Notes: a model not told the origin generated them from the sequence alone. DNA of 32,000 nt from Methanococcus maripaludis (GCF_002945325.1 NZ_CP026606.1:1380001-1412000); one strand, 5' to 3'. Shown: positions 7,247 to 16,926, counted from the first letter of the stretch. Numbers and translations: made by a program.

Positions 7247-9532
7247 ATGATAGAAAACTGTAAAATATGTGGCGGAACCGGAAAAAAGGTAGTAAAATAC
7301 GCGGAATGTCCGGAATGCGAAGGAACAGGATATTTAGAAGAGTTTGAAACAAAAAGTCATTTTAAAAATGCTTCCAAAAATTCAAAATACGATTTTGATG
7401 ACGAGGAAATTCCATGCCCGACATGCAATGGATCTGGAAAAATTCCCGAATATGAAGATTGCGATTACTGCAACGGAACCGGAAAAGTTGTAAAATGCGA
7501 CTCTTGTGGTTGTGAAATTGGAAAATACCCTGAAGACAAGGATTTAAAGATTTGTGAAAACTGTAAACAAAAAGAAGACGTAAAGAACGATAATAAAAAA
7601 GTAGTTTATGTTTTAGACAACATGTTTACCATGAACGACCTTGAAGAAGGCAAATTTTACAAAGGAAAAATTAACAGAACTGAAAAATACGGGGTATTTG
7701 TCCAGTTGAATGAAAAAACAAGAGGTCTTTTAAGATTTAGGGAAGTTGTTGGAAAAAGACCAAGCGATTTTAAAATCGGAGACGAAATTATTGTTCAAGT
7801 TTCTGAATTAAAACTCGAAAAAAGAGAACTTGATTTAAGATATGTTCCAATTGCAGGATACAAGCTCGAAAAACTCGAAAAAGAACACGAATTAATCGAT
7901 ATCAAGGAAATATTCGATACCGGATTAATGAATATGAAAGATAAAGTTATTAGGGTTCAAGGAGAAGTTCTCCAGGCAGCTCAAACTCCAGGTCCAACTG
8001 TATTTACTATTACAGATGGTTCAGAAGTTGCATGGGTTGCTGCATTTGAATCTGCAGGAGTTAGGACGCACCCTGATGTAATAATGGGTTCGATTATTGA
8101 TGTAGTTGGTTCAGTATCTGTAAGAGATGGAAAACTTCAGATAGAAAGGATGAAGCTTGTAAAACTCGAAGGCGATGAAGAACAAAAAGTAAAAGACAAA
8201 ATAGATGTTGAACTTGACAAAAAAGCAGAACCTGAAAGCGACATTGAATTTTTAGTTGAAAGCGACATATTGGAAAAATTAAGGCCAAAAATGGCAGATG
8301 TTGCAAAAAGGATTCGAAGAGCAGTTTTGGATGGAAGACCTGTAATTATCAGGCATCACGCAGATACTGATGGTTACTGCGGTGGAATTGCACTTGAAAA
8401 AGCAATAGTTCCTATTTTGGAGAAATTTTCAATGGATTCTGGTGCACAGTGGCACTACTTTAGAAGAAGCCCTTCAAAAGCTCCATTTTATGAGTTAGAA
8501 GATGTAACAAAAGATCTGTTATTTTCAATTGAAGATTACTTAAGATTTGGACAGAAAATGCCGTTAATCGTTCTTGTAGATAACGGAAGTACGGATGAAG
8601 ATATTCCTGCAGTGTCCCAGGTCAAAGCATACGATATTGAAGTTGTTGTAGTTGACCACCACTTCCCTGGCGAAGTAATTGATGGAAAAGTAGAAATTGA
8701 TGAATTTGTTGAAGCACACGTAAATCCCTACCTTGTTGGAGGGGACAGCAATCTTACAGCAGGTGCTTTAGCAACAGAAGTTGCAAGAATGATAAATTCA
8801 GACGTGACTGACCTTGTTGAACATTTACCTGGTATTGCAGTTGTTGGGGACCACGCAAAAGGCGATGCTGTAGAAGCATACATAAAAATAGCTCTTGAAA
8901 GACTTACAAAATGCAGTGCAGAATTTGGATCTGGAAAAATATATTCAAGAGAAGACGTTGAAAAAATTGGACAGTGCATGGATTTTGAAGCATTTTACTT
9001 GAAATTCATGAATGGAATGGGTATCGTAGAAGATATTTACGGAATGAACAAAAAAGACTTTGCAAGACATGAAAAACTCATAAAAATACTTTATGAAAGA
9101 GCAATGGCAATGGTTGACAGGCAAATGAAAGCTGTACGTCCTGCAATAAAAACAAAAACCTTACCAAATGGAATTATTTTCAACACATTAGATGTTGAAA
9201 AATATGCACACAAGTTTACATTCCCGGCTCCCGGAAAAACATGTGGATTTGCACACGATTCAATTGTTGAACAGTATGAACCAGGCACTCCAGTAATTAC
9301 CCTTTCATACGGGCCTGATTTTGGAGTAGTTCGTGCAACAGATGCAGTAAGTGAAAAATTCAACTTTAACTTAAATCATATAGTAACTCAGTTTATCGAT
9401 GAAATTCCTGAAGCATCCCTCGATGGTGGAGGACATGAATGTGCGGGAAGTTTGAAGTTTGTTGAAGGATTAAGAGAAAAAGTAATAAATAGATTTGCAG
9501 AAGTAGTTTTAGAAATGAAAGAAAAAGATTAA
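7247..9532 (+). CDS. Multidomain RecJ-like DHH/DHHA1 phosphoesterase with N-terminal DnaJ-type zinc-finger repeats, an S1 domain and an OB fold
   Basis: Four CxxCxGxG repeats (CKICGGTG, CPECEGTG, CPTCNGSG, CDYCNGTG) plus extra CxxC pairs. An S1-like segment (GKFYKGKINRTEKYGVFVQL...). An OB-fold-like segment (VIRVQGEVLQAAQTPGPTVFTITDGSEVAWVAAF...GKLQIERMKLVKL). DHH motifs (IIRHHADTDGYCGG, VLVDNGS, VVVDHHFPG) and DHHA1 (GGGHECAGS). Confidence 0.85.
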   Translation: MIENCKICGGTGKKVVKYAECPECEGTGYLEEFETKSHFKNASKNSKYDFDDEEIPCPTCNGSGKIPEYEDCDYCNGTGKVVKCDSCGCEIGKYPEDKDLKICENCKQKEDVKNDNKKVVYVLDNMFTMNDLEEGKFYKGKINRTEKYGVFVQLNEKTRGLLRFREVVGKRPSDFKIGDEIIVQVSELKLEKRELDLRYVPIAGYKLEKLEKEHELIDIKEIFDTGLMNMKDKVIRVQGEVLQAAQTPGPTVFTITDGSEVAWVAAFESAGVRTHPDVIMGSIIDVVGSVSVRDGKLQIERMKLVKLEGDEEQKVKDKIDVELDKKAEPESDIEFLVESDILEKLRPKMADVAKRIRRAVLDGRPVIIRHHADTDGYCGGIALEKAIVPILEKFSMDSGAQWHYFRRSPSKAPFYELEDVTKDLLFSIEDYLRFGQKMPLIVLVDNGSTDEDIPAVSQVKAYDIEVVVVDHHFPGEVIDGKVEIDEFVEAHVNPYLVGGDSNLTAGALATEVARMINSDVTDLVEHLPGIAVVGDHAKGDAVEAYIKIALERLTKCSAEFGSGKIYSREDVEKIGQCMDFEAFYLKFMNGMGIVEDIYGMNKKDFARHEKLIKILYERAMAMVDRQMKAVRPAIKTKTLPNGIIFNTLDVEKYAHKFTFPAPGKTCGFAHDSIVEQYEPGTPVITLSYGPDFGVVRATDAVSEKFNFNLNHIVTQFIDEIPEASLDGGGHECAGSLKFVEGLREKVINRFAEVVLEMKEKD

Positions 9533-9569
9533 TTAAATTAACTTTTTTTGGCGTAAATTTGGTGTTAAC

Positions 9570-10544
9570 ATGGGAGTTCAATTTGGAGATTTGATACCCA
9601 AAACAGAAATCTCTTTAAAATTTTTAAGAAATAAAACTGTTGCAATCGATGCAATGAACGTAATTTACCAGTTTTTATCGAGTATTCGGCTTAGGGATGG
9701 CAGTCCTTTAAAAAATAAAAATGGGGATATTACTTCAACTTACAACGGTATTTTTTATAAAACAATTTACATGTTAGAAAATGGGATGACCCCCATATGG
9801 GTTTTTGATGGCAAATCTCATGAATTAAAAGAAAAAACAAAAGAAGAAAGAAGAAAATCTCGAAAAGGTGCTCTTGATAGTTACATGGAAGCAAAAGAGC
9901 AAAATAATTTAGAAGAAATGCAAAAATATGCTAAAAGAGCAAATTTTTTGGATAGAAAAACAGTAGATAATTCCAAAAAGCTCCTCGAATTGATGGGAAT
10001 TCCTTATATAAATGCCCCTTCAGAAGGGGAAGCTCAGTGTGCAGAACTTGTAAAAGCAAACAATGCATTCTGTGTTATAAGTCAAGATTACGATTCAATT
10101 CTTTATGGTGCGGAATACGTTGTAAAGAACATAACTTCATCAAATAAAGACATTGAATTGATAGAACTTGAAAAAACCCTGTCTGAACTGAATATTTCTC
10201 GCGATCAGCTAATTGATGCCGCAATACTGATTGGAACAGATTATAATCCTGGCGGTTTGAAGGGATTCGGTCCGAAAAAAGCGATCGATACGGTTAAAAA
10301 AGGTAAAATGGAAAATTACATTTCAGAAATTGAAAATTATTCTGAAATTAGAAAGATATTTGATGAACCTGATGTAGTATCTAACTATGATATAACTTTA
10401 AAAACCCCTAACTGTGATGAATTAGCAGAATTTTTGATCGAAGAAAATGATTTTTCCAAAGATAGGATACTCCCAAATATTGAAAAAATTAGCAACCTTT
10501 TGGGCAATAAAAAATCCCAAAAAAGTCTTGAAGCCTGGTTTTAG
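9570..10544 (+). CDS. fen: Flap endonuclease 1 (FEN-1)
   Basis: N-terminus MGVQFGDLIP...VAIDAMNVIYQFL, the I-domain acidic cluster (SEGEAQCA...SQDYDS) and H3TH (GTDYNPGGLKGFGPKKA). GGTG SD 5 nt upstream. Confidence 0.95.
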   Translation: MGVQFGDLIPKTEISLKFLRNKTVAIDAMNVIYQFLSSIRLRDGSPLKNKNGDITSTYNGIFYKTIYMLENGMTPIWVFDGKSHELKEKTKEERRKSRKGALDSYMEAKEQNNLEEMQKYAKRANFLDRKTVDNSKKLLELMGIPYINAPSEGEAQCAELVKANNAFCVISQDYDSILYGAEYVVKNITSSNKDIELIELEKTLSELNISRDQLIDAAILIGTDYNPGGLKGFGPKKAIDTVKKGKMENYISEIENYSEIRKIFDEPDVVSNYDITLKTPNCDELAEFLIEENDFSKDRILPNIEKISNLLGNKKSQKSLEAWF

Positions 10545-10552
10545 GTGTAAAT

Positions 10553-11179
10553 ATGATGAAAATATACAGTTTAAATAGAATATCCCCAATATTCTGGATA
10601 TTTTTAATTCCTTTGATAATACTTGGATTAATTTTGATTATCCCCATAATATTTTTAGCAGTAGTTTTGGGAGCAATTTATCTGGGTTACAAAAAAATTA
10701 AATCCGGAATAAACGGAATTATTAGAAAATTAAAGACTAAAAAGATTAAAATTAACGGCAGTTCCGAAAATGGAGACGTTAAAATAAACTTTTCAAAAAA
10801 ATTGGAAATTGTGGAAGAAACCCTCGAAGAATCTATACCTGTAATTTCTGAAGATGTTGGGGAAAAATGGGAACATAAGCAGTTTATTAATTATTTAAAA
10901 GACAATGGTTTATCCGAAAATAGTGAAAAACTATATTATTTCGATAAATCAGTGTATCCAATTTATAAAAAGACTTATCCTGTAAACGAGATCATAAAAC
11001 TTTATGATGAAACTCCAGAAGAAGATATGATTGTTTTGGGTTTGAAGGGTGGTTATGATGACCCTAAATTATTATATTTGATTCCAAAAGAAGAATGTAA
11101 AAACAGGATGAGCATTTCGGAACTAAAAGATTATGAAATAAATTTAAAAAACCAAGAAATAAATAACCTTAATTTATAA
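10553..11179 (+). CDS. Small membrane-anchored hypothetical protein (208 aa)
   Basis: The N-terminal hydrophobic stretch (ISPIFWIFLIPLIILGLILIIPIIFLAVVLGAIYLGY) suggests two TM helices, followed by a soluble acidic domain with no recognised motif. AGGTG SD overlaps the fen stop, 5 nt before the ATG. Confidence 0.65.
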   Translation: MMKIYSLNRISPIFWIFLIPLIILGLILIIPIIFLAVVLGAIYLGYKKIKSGINGIIRKLKTKKIKINGSSENGDVKINFSKKLEIVEETLEESIPVISEDVGEKWEHKQFINYLKDNGLSENSEKLYYFDKSVYPIYKKTYPVNEIIKLYDETPEEDMIVLGLKGGYDDPKLLYLIPKEECKNRMSISELKDYEINLKNQEINNLNL

Positions 11180-11197
11180 TGTAGTTAGTGTGAAAAC

Positions 11198-11356
11198 ATG
11201 GAAATATTGGATAAATGTGTAGGTTGTGCAGGATGTGTTCCATTCTGTCCAGTAGGGGCTATTTCGGTATTTGGAAAGGCAGAAATTGACATGGAAATGT
11301 GTACAAACTGTGCAGTATGTAAAGATTATTGCCCATTAGATGCGATATCTGAATAA
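11198..11356 (+). CDS. Minimal 2x[4Fe-4S] ferredoxin (52 aa); not in the supplied ORF track
   Basis: Manual translation: MEILDKCVGCAGCVPFCPVGAISVFGKAEIDMEMCTNCAVCKDYCPLDAISE*. It contains two complete CxxCxxCxxxCP clusters. It fills the gap between the 10553 ORF and purO. The overlapping antisense ORF 11259..11633 is spurious. Confidence 0.85.
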   Translation: MEILDKCVGCAGCVPFCPVGAISVFGKAEIDMEMCTNCAVCKDYCPLDAISE

Positions 11357-11385
11357 AATAATAGGCTTTAAAATCAGGTGGTTTG

Positions 11386-11991
11386 ATGTATATTGGTAGA
11401 TTTTTGGTACTTGGAAAAACGGATGAAGGAAATCCTTTTGTTACATACAGGGTTTCAAGCAGGAGCTTTCCAAACAGGGTTGCAAAAGTAATGGATGATG
11501 AAACAGTTGCAATTTTACCAAAAGACTTGGAAGAAATGTTTAAAAATCCATACATTACATACAACTGTGTAAAACTTGTAGGAAACGTTGCAGTAGCTAC
11601 AAACGGTTCACATACCGACATAATTGCAGACAAAATTAAGCTTGGACTTCCAATAAGGGATGCTTTATCATACTCATTATTAACTATGGACTATGAAAAA
11701 GACGACTACAACACTCCAAGAATTGCAGTCGTTTTAACAAAAGACAGTGCATACATGGGTTATGTTTCTGATAACGACGTTAGAGTTAAAAAAGTTGAAC
11801 TTGAGGCTGGAAAAGCGTACTATTTGAGTGTATACGAAGCATGTAAAATTACGGAACACCAAGTAATCTCAGTTGCTGGAAAAACTGCAGAAGAATTAAC
11901 TAAATTCGTAATGGAATACGAAGAATTTGAAAAACCAGTAACTGCAGCAACCGTTTTAGTAAAAGATGGATTTAAACTTGCAACACTTTAA
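11386..11991 (+). CDS. purO: IMP cyclohydrolase, archaeal type
   Basis: [31 protein letters not shown] is the characteristic PurO N-terminus. ATG at 11386 follows AGGTGG by 4-5 nt; the ORF-track TTG at 11383 is too close to the SD. Confidence 0.9.
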   Translation: MYIGRFLVLGKTDEGNPFVTYRVSSRSFPNRVAKVMDDETVAILPKDLEEMFKNPYITYNCVKLVGNVAVATNGSHTDIIADKIKLGLPIRDALSYSLLTMDYEKDDYNTPRIAVVLTKDSAYMGYVSDNDVRVKKVELEAGKAYYLSVYEACKITEHQVISVAGKTAEELTKFVMEYEEFEKPVTAATVLVKDGFKLATL

Positions 11992-12023
11992 TTTTATTAT
12001 TTTTTTAACTTTTTGGTGAAATT

Positions 12024-12635
12024 TTGAAAATTTACAATAATTTTGAAAATAATGTTCCAAAAAAGCTTTTTTTAGCAGGGATTCATGGGAATGAATCAAA
12101 ATACACTTCACAGATTTTAGAAAATTTACAAAAAAATATTTCAAATTTAAAAGTTTTTGGAAATGTAATAATTGTTCCAGAACTTGTAAAAGATTCAAAG
12201 TATTATTCAACTCTAAATCCAAAATACTATGAAACAGCAGAAGGAAACTTCCTTTTAAAATTAATAGAAAAATATAAACCTGAATTTTATTTTGAAATCC
12301 ATTCATATTCTGAGAAATCTTATTCTAATCTAACAGAATTAAAAAGAGTCGATTTAAAAGGAATTCCACCATTTGTTGATTTAAATAATGGAGTTTTAAT
12401 GGCATCGATTTCTCCAATATTGCGAGAAAAATTTAAAAAAAGTGATTTTTGCATGACCCTTGAAGTTCCAAACTGGAAGGTTTTGGAAGTTGAAAATATT
12501 GTTCTTGAAATTTTGGAATTTGCAGTGACTTCAAAAGATAGAAATGAAATGATCGAAAAAATTTTTAATAAATATCCTAAATCTGCGAAAACTGCAAAAT
12601 GGCTTGCCGATGAATTTAATCTAACTTTTTTATAA
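12024..12635 (+). CDS. Uncharacterised archaeal protein with HxxE...H (M14/AstE-AspA-like) signature; DUF2119-like
   Basis: TTG start preceded by GGTGA plus 4 nt. LFLAGIHGNE resembles the first zinc-binding motif of M14 carboxypeptidase/succinylglutamate-desuccinylase-type hydrolases, and a later His lies in FEIHSY. The family name is from memory and unverified. Confidence 0.6.
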   Translation: MKIYNNFENNVPKKLFLAGIHGNESKYTSQILENLQKNISNLKVFGNVIIVPELVKDSKYYSTLNPKYYETAEGNFLLKLIEKYKPEFYFEIHSYSEKSYSNLTELKRVDLKGIPPFVDLNNGVLMASISPILREKFKKSDFCMTLEVPNWKVLEVENIVLEILEFAVTSKDRNEMIEKIFNKYPKSAKTAKWLADEFNLTFL

Positions 12636-12710
12636 AATTTTCAAGCTACATTACTTATAAATATCTTTATTTATAACGTTAATAAAAGCGAAACACAAAA
12701 TGGTGAAAGG

Positions 12711-13358
12711 ATGAAGTTTTTTTTAGACACTGCAAATGTTGAAAAAATTAAAGAATTTAACGCACTTGGTTTAGTTGACGGAGTTACAACAAACCCAAGT
12801 TTAATCAAAAAAGAAGGAAGAGACTTCTACGAAGTAATCAAAGAAATCTGCTCAATTGTTGACGGTCCAGTAAGTGCTGAAGTTATCGCACTTGATGCTG
12901 AAGGAATGGTTAAAGAAGCAAGAGAACTCGTGAAACTTGCAGAAAACGTTGTAGTAAAAATCCCAATGACCAAAGAAGGAATGAAAGCAGTAAACATTCT
13001 TTCAAAAGAAGGAATAAAAACAAACGTTACATTAATCTTTTCAGCAAACCAGGCATTACTCGCAGCAAAAGCTGGAGCTTCATACGTTTCCCCATTCGTT
13101 GGAAGACTCGACGATGTTGGACAGGATGGAATGTTTTTAATTTCTGAGGTTATGCAAGTATTTGGCGCATACGGAATCGAAACAGAAGTTATCGTAGCTT
13201 CAGTAAGACACCCAATCCACGTTTTAGAATCCGCAAAAATGGGCGCAGACATTGCAACAATTCCATTTGATGTAATCGACAAATTATTCAACCACCCGTT
13301 AACAGACAATGGAATTGCAAAATTCCTTGCTGACTGGGAAGCACACATGAACAGATAA
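12711..13358 (+). CDS. tal: Transaldolase (short, type 3B / Fsa-like family)
   Basis: [16 protein letters not shown]...GVTTNPSLI, the Schiff-base lysine context (VVVKIPMT) and the 215-aa length are typical of the short archaeal/bacterial transaldolases. GGTGA SD upstream. Confidence 0.9.
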   Translation: MKFFLDTANVEKIKEFNALGLVDGVTTNPSLIKKEGRDFYEVIKEICSIVDGPVSAEVIALDAEGMVKEARELVKLAENVVVKIPMTKEGMKAVNILSKEGIKTNVTLIFSANQALLAAKAGASYVSPFVGRLDDVGQDGMFLISEVMQVFGAYGIETEVIVASVRHPIHVLESAKMGADIATIPFDVIDKLFNHPLTDNGIAKFLADWEAHMNR

Positions 13359-13409
13359 TTTCTTTTAAATTATTTTATTTCGATTTTTTTTATAAATCCG
13401 GTGGTTTTT

Positions 13410-14552
13410 ATGTCATTTCAAATTGATAAACGGGCTTATCAGTCTTTAAAAAATTTTTCAAACATAATTTACAAAAAAGCTATAGTTAATAAAGATGATT
13501 TTTCAAAAAACGAAGAAATTGTTGATATATCATACAATGGAAATTTCGTTGCAAAAGCACTTTATGATCCAAAATTTCCGTTAATAAAGATTTTAACGAG
13601 GAAAAACGAAGAAATTGATAAAGATTTCTTTTTTAAACGGATAAATAACGCAAATAATTACAGAACTGATATATTAAATTATAAGGATACTTACAGGATG
13701 ATTTATGCAGAAGCTGACTATTTACCGTCAATAATACTTGATAAATACAATAAAATCGCTTCAATTCAGATTTCATCGAATATTATGGATAATTATTCAG
13801 ATTTAATTTTTGAATGTATTTCTGAAATTACCGATGTCGAAACGATGTATGTTCAGAGTGGTAAAAAGGGAAGTGACGTAAAAACGAAGATTTTTGGAGA
13901 TAAGTCGCAAATTGAAACCGTAATTTCCGAAGGAAACGCCAAATTTAACGTAAACATGAAAGGTCACAAAACCGGATTTTTCTTAGACCAAAGAGACAAT
14001 AGGGCTGATCTTGAAAATTATGTTAAACCAGGAGATAAAGTACTTGATATTTGCAGTTACACTGGAGGATTTGCAGTTCATGCTGGAATCAAGGGTGGAG
14101 AAGTTACCGCAGTTGATTTATCGGATAAAGCACTTGCTGTTGCAGAAGAAAACATGGAATTAAACGGTGTTAAAAATTACAACTGCATAGTTTCAAATGC
14201 ATTTGACGCAATGAAAGAAATGATTGGTAATAATGAAAAATTCGATGTTGTAGTGCTTGACCCACCTGCATTTACCGATTCTTCAAAAGACATTAAAAAT
14301 GCACTAAATGCTTATAATTCAATGAATTACCTTGGATTAAAATTAGCAAAAAGAATACTTGTAACATGCTCTTGTTCACACCACATTGATCGGGAAAACT
14401 TTAAAAATACGATTGTTTCTTCATCAATACGGGCTAAAAAAGAGATAAGACAAATCGGTTCATACCGAACACAGGCATCTGACCACATAATAACAATGGC
14501 AAATAGGGACCTTGAATATTTGAAGTGCCTTTTCTTCAATGTAGTAAACTAA
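13410..14552 (+). CDS. PUA-domain class I SAM-dependent RNA methyltransferase (RlmI/COG1092-like)
   Basis: SAM motif I (VLDICSYTGGFAVHAG), motif IV (VVLDPPAF) and a CSCSHH cysteine motif, with an N-terminal PUA-like region. ATG at 13410 follows GGTGG by 5 nt; the ORF-track GTG at 13401 overlaps the SD. Confidence 0.8.
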   Translation: MSFQIDKRAYQSLKNFSNIIYKKAIVNKDDFSKNEEIVDISYNGNFVAKALYDPKFPLIKILTRKNEEIDKDFFFKRINNANNYRTDILNYKDTYRMIYAEADYLPSIILDKYNKIASIQISSNIMDNYSDLIFECISEITDVETMYVQSGKKGSDVKTKIFGDKSQIETVISEGNAKFNVNMKGHKTGFFLDQRDNRADLENYVKPGDKVLDICSYTGGFAVHAGIKGGEVTAVDLSDKALAVAEENMELNGVKNYNCIVSNAFDAMKEMIGNNEKFDVVVLDPPAFTDSSKDIKNALNAYNSMNYLGLKLAKRILVTCSCSHHIDRENFKNTIVSSSIRAKKEIRQIGSYRTQASDHIITMANRDLEYLKCLFFNVVN

Positions 14553-14614
14553 TAAAAATGATCAATGCATATCTTTGAAAAATAAAAATTGTGAGAATAA
14601 AAAACGGTGAGAAC

Positions 14615-15376
14615 ATGATGGTTCCAGAATCCCATCCACGGTACAAATCATTATTAAATCGAGACAGAATTGTAGAAGCATTTGAATCAGGAGTTTTGGC
14701 AAAAGGCGGAATGATTGCTCATGGAAGAGGCGAAACTTTCGATTATTTAATTGGGGAAAGTACGACAGATATTGCACTAAATTCTATAAAAGTTTCAGCA
14801 GCTCTATTAGTTTTAGCAGAAAATCCTGTAATTTCAGTAAATGGAAACAGTGTCGCTTTAGCAAAAGACGAGTTTGTCGAATTAGCAAAAGAATTAAATG
14901 GGAAAATCGAAGTTAATTTATTCTACAGGACAACTGAACGGGAAGAAAAGATAAAGGACGTATTTGAAAGTGATATTAAAAATGGAATTGTTCTTTTAGG
15001 AATCGATAATGCAGATAAACAAATTCCCGGGATTGATCACTTAAGGGGAAAAGTTTCAGAATCTGGGATCTACACTTCAGATGTCGTTTTAGTTCCTCTT
15101 GAAGATGGTGATAGGGCTGAAGCACTTGTTAAAATGGGAAAAACAGTAATTGCAATTGATTTAAATCCCCTTTCAAGAACCGCAAGAAAATCAACAATTT
15201 CAATAATTGACGAGCTTACAAGATGCATTCCATTAATTACTGAATACGTAAGAGAATACAAAAAAATGGATAGTACTGAACTTTTAAAAATTGTTGAAAA
15301 TTACGATAACGAAGAAAATTTGCGAAATATCTTGAATTTGATTTCAAAAAGGTTAACTTCAGTAGATTTAATTTAA
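14615..15376 (+). CDS. 4-phosphopantoate--beta-alanine ligase (archaeal phosphopantothenate synthetase)
   Basis: The N-terminus [48 protein letters not shown] matches my recollection of the archaeal PPS (COG1701) family. ATG at 14615 follows GGTGA by 4 nt; the ORF-track start at 14591 is probably an over-extension. Confidence 0.75.
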   Translation: MMVPESHPRYKSLLNRDRIVEAFESGVLAKGGMIAHGRGETFDYLIGESTTDIALNSIKVSAALLVLAENPVISVNGNSVALAKDEFVELAKELNGKIEVNLFYRTTEREEKIKDVFESDIKNGIVLLGIDNADKQIPGIDHLRGKVSESGIYTSDVVLVPLEDGDRAEALVKMGKTVIAIDLNPLSRTARKSTISIIDELTRCIPLITEYVREYKKMDSTELLKIVENYDNEENLRNILNLISKRLTSVDLI

Positions 15377-15399
15377 ATTTTTATTTTATTATTTTTTAA

Positions 15400-16803
15400 T
15401 TAAAATTCGAATTTAAGAAGCAGTTTTCCAAATTCCGTGATATTTATTACGGCCTGATCTTTTTCGATAAATCCGTATTTTAAAAGCGGATCGATTCTAT
15501 CATATGCAGATCTTCTATGTATTCCAAGCGATTTTGCAAGTTCTTCAACTTTTACTGAACCGCCAAGTTCATGGATTTTTATGAGGGTTTCTTTTGTAGC
15601 AGGATGTTTTGTGAACATGTGAATTCCTTCTTTTGCACTTATTGTAACCAGATCTGGTGCAAAAGAACACATACTAATTGAATAATTTCCATATTTTTTA
15701 AGGGAAATTTCTCCAAACGTCGAACTTCCAAAAAATGGATTAATGTCTGATTTTTCAATCAATTTTTCAATTTCAGCAGGATTAATTTCTGATAAAAATG
15801 ATGAAATATTGCAAAAAGTGAGTGCTGGTTCATAATGCGGTTGTGTATTGTTTAAAACGGATGTATTGGTTTTAAATATATTTTTTATCGCATTTTTATC
15901 AATATTTTCTATTTTTAATTCATTTGAATTGCTTATATTTGAGCCAGTAATTAATTTTTTATTTTTTATTGAAATTGGGCCTTTAAGGTGGATATCGCCC
16001 GTAGTATCTAAAATACCAAGTGGGTGGGATAAATAAAATTCAGGATCATTTTCAAGTTCGTTTACAGTTCCTTTGTATCCCGAAATTTCAATATATCTTT
16101 TTACGGCTGAAATATTTCCTATCTCTTCGATAGAACGCTTTTCAGATTTTGTAATTATATTTTCTAATTTTCCTGAATTTTCCCCATATTCGTAGTTATT
16201 GTAAGAAATTTTTGGTACTATGTCTCCGCCAAACGCGACACAGACGATACTATCTAAATAAACGTCGTTTCCGTACTGGTATGTATGTTCAAATTCAAAG
16301 TCATCTGAGGAAACTCCTCCAAAAATAGGGATGGTAACACCAAGTTCCTCAATAATTCCTTTCAAAACCTGTTCTTCACATTTGCAAAAATCTGTTATTA
16401 CATAGAGAAGTTTTGGAAGCATTCCAAGGTTTTCAACTGCATCTTTAACTGCTTTTTTTCCTGATTCTTTCGGATTTATCGAAATTCCAAGGCCAACACC
16501 CATTCCGGTATTAAAATATTTTGAACCCAAAATTCCAACTGAAACCCCGTTTTCTAAAAATTTATTACCACAAATTTGGAATTTTGAACTGCCCCCTACT
16601 ATTTGGACGCTATTTCCAAGAATTAGTTTAACGCCATTAAGTACCTCTTCAGGGTCATAATCGGGAGAGGAGTATAAAAAAACGATATTTGGTTTTTCAG
16701 AATACTTTTTCATCATTTTGAGTGCATCGGATGCGGCATGTGCCCCCGCCTTTAAAGAGTTTTCATCTGTTGAAGTACCATACCCAAATTCGATAAATTC
16801 CAC
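15400..16803 (-). CDS. FIST-domain sensor protein fused to a C-terminal winged helix-turn-helix (putative one-component regulator)
   Basis: The body has FIST_N/FIST_C-like organisation (FGYGTS..., IFGGVSSDDFE, FFGSSTFGEIS). The C-terminal ~70 aa (ETLIKIHELGGSVKVEELAKSLGIHRRSAYDRIDPLLKYGFIEK) looks like a MarR/TrmB-type wHTH. The likely start is GTG at 16803, preceded by GGTG plus 5 nt; the ORF-track TTG at 16854 is the upper limit. Confidence 0.75.
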   Translation of the reverse strand: MEFIEFGYGTSTDENSLKAGAHAASDALKMMKKYSEKPNIVFLYSSPDYDPEEVLNGVKLILGNSVQIVGGSSKFQICGNKFLENGVSVGILGSKYFNTGMGVGLGISINPKESGKKAVKDAVENLGMLPKLLYVITDFCKCEEQVLKGIIEELGVTIPIFGGVSSDDFEFEHTYQYGNDVYLDSIVCVAFGGDIVPKISYNNYEYGENSGKLENIITKSEKRSIEEIGNISAVKRYIEISGYKGTVNELENDPEFYLSHPLGILDTTGDIHLKGPISIKNKKLITGSNISNSNELKIENIDKNAIKNIFKTNTSVLNNTQPHYEPALTFCNISSFLSEINPAEIEKLIEKSDINPFFGSSTFGEISLKKYGNYSISMCSFAPDLVTISAKEGIHMFTKHPATKETLIKIHELGGSVKVEELAKSLGIHRRSAYDRIDPLLKYGFIEKDQAVINITEFGKLLLKFEF

Positions 16804-16926
16804 AATAACACCAGTATTTAGATTAAATAATAAGTTTAAAGCACAGGTAAGCAAATAACAATATATATGCTTCGTAATCTATAAATATTATATTGTCGTA
16901 GGTTTTTATTAGTATATTAGGTCGTA

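Noticed and set aside
12827-13348. 173-aa antisense ORF inside the transaldolase gene. Similar antisense or shadow ORFs include 352..558, 694..924, 11259..11633, 21536..21862, 22571..22906, 24271..24600, 25663..26070 and 9091..9363.
   Set aside because: All lie opposite or overlapping genes with strong homology-type signatures, lack SD boxes, and have skewed, low-complexity compositions (Ser/Thr/Ile/Phe-rich) typical of shadow frames.
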